From: Bacteroidales bacterium | GTDB taxonomy: Bacteria; Bacteroidota; Bacteroidia; Bacteroidales; Tenuifilaceae | Assembly (NCBI GenBank): GCA_011045955.1 | Contig: DSBV01000095.1 | Location: 285-64,284, forward strand | Direction of reading: 5' to 3' | Length of the DNA: 64,000 nt | Shown: in pieces, positions 58,495-64,000 of the stretch | Layout of the letters: the number at the start of each line of letters is the position of its first letter | How positions within the stretch are numbered: position 1 is the stretch's first letter | Program-made: the position numbers and the translations under genes | The notes under the pieces: model-generated | The model's input: only the letters and a program-made list of their open reading frames with translations | Told to the model about the DNA's origin: nothing | Database searches by the model: none

Positions 58495-60081
58495 TTATTC
58501 ATATTCCTTGTAGTTTTTTGCCACCTCTTGGGCAAGGTTTGTTAAAGTGTCGGCAATTTGGTCGTTAAAATCGCCTTTTGCAATTTGTTCCAATTCCGAT
58601 TTCAGCAAAAGCTGGCAACGTTCCAGGAAATCCCTTTCAAAATCACTAACTTTATTCAGTGGAATATTTTTAAGAAGTCCTTTTGTTCCACAGAAAATAA
58701 TTGCAACCTGAAGTTCAACCGGTAATGGCTGGTATTGTCCCTGTTTAAGTATCTCAACATTTTTGGCTCCTTTTTCCAAAACGGCCAGTGTAGCTGCATC
58801 TAAATCAGCACCAAACTTGGCAAAGGCTTCTAGTTCGCGATACTGAGCCTGATCCAACTTTAGGGTACCTGCAACCTTACGCATCGATTTTATCTGAGCT
58901 TTTCCCCCAACTCGCGAAACCGATATACCCACATTGATGGCTGGTCTAATACCGTTGTTGAACAGGTTCGATTCAAGGAATATTTGTCCATCGGTAATAG
59001 ATATTACGTTGGTAGGGATATACGCCGACACATCACCTGCTTGGGTTTCAATAATAGGCAAGGCGGTTAGCGAACCTCCCCCCTTAACCAAAGGTTTAAG
59101 GGGCGATGGCAAATCATTCATTCTGGAGGCTATCTCGTCGGAATCAATAATTTTTGCAGCTCTTTCAAGCAAGCGTGAGTGCAAGTAGAATACGTCGCCC
59201 GGATATGCCTCTCGCCCTGGAGGGCGGCGTAGTAGCAACGATACCTCTCGATACGATACTGCCTGCTTCGATAAATCGTCGTATACCACTAAGGCATGGC
59301 GCCCGGTATCTCTAAAATACTCACCTATGGTAGCACCGGCAAATGGTGCATAAAACTGCATGGCAGCAGGGTCGGAAGCTGTAGCAACAACAATGGTTGT
59401 ATAATCCATTGCGCCGTTGTCCTCAAGCATTTTAGCAATGCTTGCTACTGTTGACCCCTTTTGTCCAACAGCAACATATATGCAGTAAACCGGATTGCCC
59501 TTTAAGTAATTGTTTCTTTGGTTGATAATGGTATCTAGGGCAATTGCTGTTTTCCCTGTTTGGCGGTCGCCAATAATAAGCTCTCGCTGTCCTCTTCCTA
59601 TGGGAATCATAGAGTCAATTGCTTTGATGCCGGTTTGAAGTGGTTCTGACACAGGTTGTCGGTAAATAACACCTGGAGCTTTGCGTTCAAGAGGCAGCAC
59701 AATAGTTTTTCCGGTAATCGGGCCCTTCCCATCAATTGGTTCACCAAGTGTATTAACAACTCGGCCTAGAAGTCCATTACCTACAGGAATGGAGGCTATC
59801 TCGCCTAACTGCTTAACCCTATCGCCCTCCTTTACCATTTCGGTAGGGCCTAAAAGAACTATACCAACATTGTCCTCTTCAAGGTTAAGGGCAACCCCTT
59901 TTACACCTGATTCAAACTCAACTAACTCGTTCGACTTTACTTTGTTTAGCCCAAAAACCCGAGCTATACCATCGCTGACCTGTAAAACAAATCCAGTCTC
60001 TTCAAATCTTGCCTTGGTTTGAATACCTGCAAGTTCATCCTTAATTAGTTGAGCTATTTCGGTAGGTCTTATTTCTGCCAT
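58495..60081 (-). CDS. atpA: F1 ATP synthase alpha subunit
   Basis: [61 protein letters not shown]. Confidence 0.99.
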   Translation of the reverse strand: MAEIRPTEIAQLIKDELAGIQTKARFEETGFVLQVSDGIARVFGLNKVKSNELVEFESGVKGVALNLEEDNVGIVLLGPTEMVKEGDRVKQLGEIASIPVGNGLLGRVVNTLGEPIDGKGPITGKTIVLPLERKAPGVIYRQPVSEPLQTGIKAIDSMIPIGRGQRELIIGDRQTGKTAIALDTIINQRNNYLKGNPVYCIYVAVGQKGSTVASIAKMLEDNGAMDYTTIVVATASDPAAMQFYAPFAGATIGEYFRDTGRHALVVYDDLSKQAVSYREVSLLLRRPPGREAYPGDVFYLHSRLLERAAKIIDSDEIASRMNDLPSPLKPLVKGGGSLTALPIIETQAGDVSAYIPTNVISITDGQIFLESNLFNNGIRPAINVGISVSRVGGKAQIKSMRKVAGTLKLDQAQYRELEAFAKFGADLDAATLAVLEKGAKNVEILKQGQYQPLPVELQVAIIFCGTKGLLKNIPLNKVSDFERDFLERCQLLLKSELEQIAKGDFNDQIADTLTNLAQEVAKNYKEYE

Positions 60082-60084
60082 TGC

Positions 60085-60639
60085 TCACCTGTTATCAAAT
60101 TTTTTCTCAAGCAATTTTTTCTTTACGGAGCTAAGCTGCCCCTTAACACTCGAATCGAAAACCTTACCATTTACTATTAATATATACCCTGCAATTAACT
60201 CAGGTTTGACCTTAATATCTATTTCACAAGCCGAATTTAAAGTCTTTGCCACTTTTGCCTTAATTTTCTCTAGGGCTGAAGGTGGTAGCTCTTCGGCCAC
60301 CAACAACTCCACGTCAAGAATATTTTTGCTATGAAGGTAAATACGACGAAAAATCAAAAAAGCATTAAGTAAAATATTGGCTCTATTCCTTTTAATAATC
60401 AAACCAATAAATTGTTTCAATGTTTTGGGTAGAGTACTTCCGGAAACGCGTTCGATCAAGCCAATTTTTTCGTCAGCAGAAAGGGTAATATCCTCTAGCA
60501 ATTCGATCGGTTTCGATTCCTTTAAAAGGGTTTTACGTAAATGGTATATAAAGGGATAAATGCTTTCAAGTTCGTTTTTTTCCTGACAGAACTCAAAAAG
60601 CCCTTTAGCGTAACGCGATGCTATTGATCCGGAATTCAT
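60085..60639 (-). CDS. atpH: F1 ATP synthase delta subunit
   Basis: IASRYAKGLF, VKPELIAGYIL...DSSVKGQL; position in the operon. Confidence 0.88.
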   Translation of the reverse strand: MNSGSIASRYAKGLFEFCQEKNELESIYPFIYHLRKTLLKESKPIELLEDITLSADEKIGLIERVSGSTLPKTLKQFIGLIIKRNRANILLNAFLIFRRIYLHSKNILDVELLVAEELPPSALEKIKAKVAKTLNSACEIDIKVKPELIAGYILIVNGKVFDSSVKGQLSSVKKKLLEKKFDNR

Positions 60640-60641
60640 TT

Positions 60642-61136
60642 TTAGTTTCTAGGTAATTCGTCGAGCAAACGTTCAATGTACTCCTGTTGTTTTTCTATAT
60701 CCTCAAGCTGTGCACGTAAAACTTTTTCAGTTAGGCTTATGGTTAACTCTGCAACAGTGGTATAAAGTTCCTTTTTTGCAGCCTCTTTTTCCAAAAGAAT
60801 TTGCTCACGGGCCTTGTCCAGCATCTTTTGAGTTTCAACACGTGCGTGCTCTTTGGCTTCGGCCAACAGTTTTTCCCGCAAAATTTTAGTTTCAGCTATT
60901 TCGTGTTCACGTTCTTGTCGAGCCTTTTCTGCAATTTGCTTACTCTCCTCCTGCAACCTTGCAATTTCAGCACGGGCTTGTTCTGCAAGCCGCATTGAAC
61001 GCGCTATGCTTTCCTCCCTGTTTTTAAGGGCTTGCAGTATGGGTTTCCATGCAAACTTTTTAAGAATAAAAAGCAGCACCCCAAACGATAGCAGAGCCCA
61101 AAACAACAGGCCGTAGTCGGGTGTAACAAGACCCAT
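60642..61136 (-). CDS. atpF: Fo ATP synthase b subunit
   Basis: PDYGLLFW...LKKFAWKPIL..LK.REESI, long coiled coil. Confidence 0.93.
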   Translation of the reverse strand: MGLVTPDYGLLFWALLSFGVLLFILKKFAWKPILQALKNREESIARSMRLAEQARAEIARLQEESKQIAEKARQEREHEIAETKILREKLLAEAKEHARVETQKMLDKAREQILLEKEAAKKELYTTVAELTISLTEKVLRAQLEDIEKQQEYIERLLDELPRN

Positions 61137-61147
61137 AAACTAAATTT

Positions 61148-61405
61148 TTAAACAAATAATACTATAATAAGTATGATGAGGGCAAAAAATGCAACCCCTT
61201 CAATAAGCGCAGCCGAAACAATCATATTGGTTCGGATATCGCCTGAGGCTTCGGGCTGCCGGGCAATAGACTTTAGGGCGGTAGTACCTATACGGCCAAT
61301 GTTAAGTCCTGCAGCCAAAACAATAATCGAAGCACCTAATGCAATACCTAATTTTGCAATTGCTGCTCCGTCGATTAATTGAAGTACAATGAGTAATGTA
61401 TTCAT
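61148..61405 (-). CDS. atpE: Fo ATP synthase c subunit, H+-type signature
   Basis: Hairpin with ARQPE loop and carboxylate in LIEGVAF; lacks the Q/ES Na+ ligands. Confidence 0.95.
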   Translation of the reverse strand: MNTLLIVLQLIDGAAIAKLGIALGASIIVLAAGLNIGRIGTTALKSIARQPEASGDIRTNMIVSAALIEGVAFFALIILIIVLFV

Positions 61406-61424
61406 ATTTCAATTATTTAAATTG

Positions 61425-62510
61425 TTAATGATGTTCTTCTGTAGCCATTCCTATATATTGTGCTGTTAGCAAAGTAAAAACGTATGCCTGGATAAGGGCA
61501 ACCAGCAGTTCAAGTAATGACATGAATACAAGGAAAACCAGAGAAATGGGTGCAACTGCAAATCCTAAACACGCTTTCATTGACGAAAATATGAAAATCA
61601 AACTAAGCAGAACCGTGGCCACCATGTGCCCGGCAAGAATGTTGGCAAACAAACGGACCATTAATACAAATGGCTTGATGAATATTCCAATAAATTCTAC
61701 AAGTGGCATGATGGGTATGGGTAATTTCAGAAATACCGGTATACCAGGAGGGCTAACAATGTGTTTCCAGTACGCTTTGTTGGCATTCCGGTTTATTGTG
61801 AAAAATGCAAAAAGGGCAAGAGCCATGGTTACCGAAATATTGCCGGTTACATTGGCTCCACCTGGAAATATTGGAATTAGGCCTAATAGGTTGGAGAACC
61901 AAATGAAAAAGAATAGAGTTAAAAGGTAAGGCATAAAGTGAATGTACCGTTTATTGCCTATGGAAGGTATAGCAATTTCGTCTCTAATAAAAATGATGAA
62001 AGGTTCAAAAACATTTTGTAATCCTTTAGGAGGTGAACTAGGGTCGCTTTTATACCTTTTGGCAATGCCAATAAAAATTAATGCAAGAAGTATGGATGTA
62101 ATTATTATGGAAAAAGCATTTTTGGTAATGGAAAAGTTGTAGGGTAAGGGATTGGTTTCATCGAGTACACCCTTTTCATTTAACTGCACTATCCTTCCCT
62201 TAAATTTTCCTTCAGTTTCTATTTTAAAACCTCTATAAACTCCATGTTCATGATGAAACTTGTTGGAGAGAAATACATGCAAACCTGTTTTTTTGCTGTA
62301 AAGTATTACGGGAAGCGAGATGCTAATGTGATGGTGATTAAAGGTTAGTATATGCCATTCATACGAATCGCTTACGTGATCAAAAATGAACTCGGCAGTA
62401 TTAAATCCTTGGGAATCGCTTTTATGCATTTCGTTAGCTTGCGCACAATTTATGCTTGCGACATAAATGAACAACAAAATTGATACCGATAGGTTAATTC
62501 TTTGCTTCAC
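61425..62510 (-). CDS. atpB: Fo ATP synthase a subunit
   Basis: Bacteroidota-type N-terminal extension, NVTGNISVT, essential Arg in VRLFANILAGH, LELLVALIQAYVF. Confidence 0.96.
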   Translation of the reverse strand: MKQRINLSVSILLFIYVASINCAQANEMHKSDSQGFNTAEFIFDHVSDSYEWHILTFNHHHISISLPVILYSKKTGLHVFLSNKFHHEHGVYRGFKIETEGKFKGRIVQLNEKGVLDETNPLPYNFSITKNAFSIIITSILLALIFIGIAKRYKSDPSSPPKGLQNVFEPFIIFIRDEIAIPSIGNKRYIHFMPYLLTLFFFIWFSNLLGLIPIFPGGANVTGNISVTMALALFAFFTINRNANKAYWKHIVSPPGIPVFLKLPIPIMPLVEFIGIFIKPFVLMVRLFANILAGHMVATVLLSLIFIFSSMKACLGFAVAPISLVFLVFMSLLELLVALIQAYVFTLLTAQYIGMATEEHH

Positions 62511-62865
62511 TCGTATTCCTATATTTAACTATGAAATATGTGAAATGTAAAAGTAAAACCAGATACGATATCAAATATACGCTAACAAACAGAATTTTGT
62601 GACCAAAACCAGCAAAAAAAATCAAGATAACTGCTACAAGATTTACTAAAATATTGATTGACTTAATGATAAAATACTTACTTACATACTTAATTCTTGG
62701 GAAAACTGATTTTGATGAAATTAAGGCGAAGGCTATAAAACTCAAAGAAGCAGGAACTAAAGGAGTTATCCTTACTAATGTTTCACTGGTGGTAAACCAT
62801 AGAACCAACAGTAAGGATAACACTATAACTAATTGAGTAAAAGAAAATCTTAATATAACACTCAT
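62494..62865 (-). CDS. AtpI-like 4-TM membrane protein
   Basis: Four hydrophobic segments; overlaps atpB (17 nt) and the bactofilin gene (ATGA); occupies the atpI position. Confidence 0.6.
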   Translation of the reverse strand: MSVILRFSFTQLVIVLSLLLVLWFTTSETLVRITPLVPASLSFIAFALISSKSVFPRIKYVSKYFIIKSINILVNLVAVILIFFAGFGHKILFVSVYLISYLVLLLHFTYFIVKYRNTSEAKN

Positions 62866-63251
62866 TTTATTAATTCTTGCCCTAAAGTAACTTCTTTATT
62901 TTCCATGCCTAGCATATTGCAGTAACCCGTAAACTTGCAGCCGGGTTCTATGGCTAACTTACCAACTGTAACATCACCATTAATCCTAGCCGTAGACTTA
63001 AAGGATAGTAATTCTTCAACTGTAATTTTTCCTTCAACAACTCCTGAAATGTCAGAATTTTTGCACACCAATTCACCCTTGATCCTACCGGTCTCTCCAA
63101 TGACAACCTTTCCCTTTACGTTAAGGTTTCCTATTAGTGTGCCATCAATTCGCAAATCGCCGCTACTTTTGATATCACCATTAATTTCAGTACCTAAACC
63201 AACTAGGTTGATGTTGTTAGCATTAAATTCGGGTTCGTTTATCTTTGCCAT
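62862..63251 (-). CDS. Bactofilin (polymer-forming cytoskeletal protein)
   Basis: LVGLGTEINGDI.S.GDLRIDG...GN....GKVVIGE.G.IKG beta-helix repeats, LAIEPG.KF.G.C.M. Confidence 0.93.
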   Translation of the reverse strand: MAKINEPEFNANNINLVGLGTEINGDIKSSGDLRIDGTLIGNLNVKGKVVIGETGRIKGELVCKNSDISGVVEGKITVEELLSFKSTARINGDVTVGKLAIEPGCKFTGYCNMLGMENKEVTLGQELIK

Positions 63252-63296
63252 AGGTTAAAAGATTAATGTTTAGAATCACAAATATATAAATTCCGT

Positions 63297-63977
63297 TCAA
63301 AGTTTTTTCTTATCGCTATTGTCAAAAATTTCAGTATCCCAATATTCCGGAATATCATCATTATCCTCAGGCGTTTCGTTCATCCAACTCCAGGTTTGTG
63401 GAGGAGGGCCTTGCTTTCGGTAAATCAATGCAAGTATTGCACCGGTTACTCCTCCAAAAAGATGATACTCCCACGAAATTTGTGGAAATATTGGCAATAC
63501 CCCCCAAATCAATCCACCATAAAGAAAAATAACCAATAGGGAAATGGCCATCAGGTTTATGTTCTTGCGAATGACTCCACTAAAAAAGATAAACGATGCT
63601 ATAGCATATATAAGACCACTGCAACCAATGTGGTAACTAGTACGTGCAGCTATCCAAACCATCATTCCGCTTAATAACCAGCTCATCAAAAGAATTTTAT
63701 ACCACAGATCTCTATAAAAATAAACTAAACCTGTAATTAATATAAAAATAGTTATTGTGTTGTTTAGTAGATGATTAAAATCTGAATGTATAAGTGGTGC
63801 TGTAAATATTCCCAATAAACCGCTAAAACTTCGAGGTAAAAGGCCATGCTGAAAAAAAGGCTCCCCTTCTATTATCTCGATGAGTTTTACCAGCCATATA
63901 AACATGGAGAATAGCGTTGCTACCTCAATGCTTATCTTTAACCTCTTTACTTCTATATCAATTGACGAGTTATTCAT
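63297..63977 (-). CDS. Rhomboid family intramembrane serine protease
   Basis: PLIHSDFNHLLNN, catalytic GCSG serine, EYHLFG histidine. Confidence 0.9.
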   Translation of the reverse strand: MNNSSIDIEVKRLKISIEVATLFSMFIWLVKLIEIIEGEPFFQHGLLPRSFSGLLGIFTAPLIHSDFNHLLNNTITIFILITGLVYFYRDLWYKILLMSWLLSGMMVWIAARTSYHIGCSGLIYAIASFIFFSGVIRKNINLMAISLLVIFLYGGLIWGVLPIFPQISWEYHLFGGVTGAILALIYRKQGPPPQTWSWMNETPEDNDDIPEYWDTEIFDNSDKKKL

Positions 63978-64000
63978 TCCTGCAATTATCTATAAACTAA

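Noticed and set aside
61148-62510. Na+-coupled or N-type ATPase
   Set aside because: The c subunit lacks the Gln and Ser/Thr Na+ ligands, delta and b are separate genes, and the gene order is not N-ATPase-like.
342-63258. Numerous short antisense or alternate-frame ORFs in the track (e.g. 10351-10821, 20664-21050, 56087-56611, 61522-61929)
   Set aside because: They lie entirely within well-supported genes on another strand or frame and show no recognisable motifs.

Overview
This 64-kb window is core chromosome from a Bacteroidota bacterium. The gene content (porZ/T9SS, TAnnTTTG promoters, Bacteroidota-type atp operon) suggests an environmental Bacteroidales lineage, which is an inference. 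Most of it is housekeeping: tsaB, efp, tyrS, two prenyl-PP synthases, dgt, rdgB, porZ, recO, nadB, tRNA-Arg(CCT), dtd-MazG-deoC, U32, rsgA, mnmH, a Na/Pi symporter and atpBEFHAG. I found no CRISPR array, integrase, transposase or prophage. Five things stand out. (1) A putative cyclic-nucleotide signalling locus at 14.8-21.0 kb: a membrane-anchored class III adenylate cyclase fused to an intact HD phosphohydrolase domain. It sits between two Usp genes that have lost the Usp ATP-binding loop, next to a Cache-HAMP-GAF-PAS-PAS receptor with no output domain. (2) An intact YbdL-like aminotransferase homolog that has lost the PLP lysine and the other catalytic residues, i.e. a pseudoenzyme. (3) Five disrupted accessory genes, four of them secreted or lipoproteins, among otherwise intact genes. 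(4) A 155-bp mosaic of 9-10-bp-period repeats downstream of nadB. (5) An ATP synthase c subunit with an Asn in its glycine zipper. All family assignments come from motif recognition and remembered reference sequences; no database search was run.
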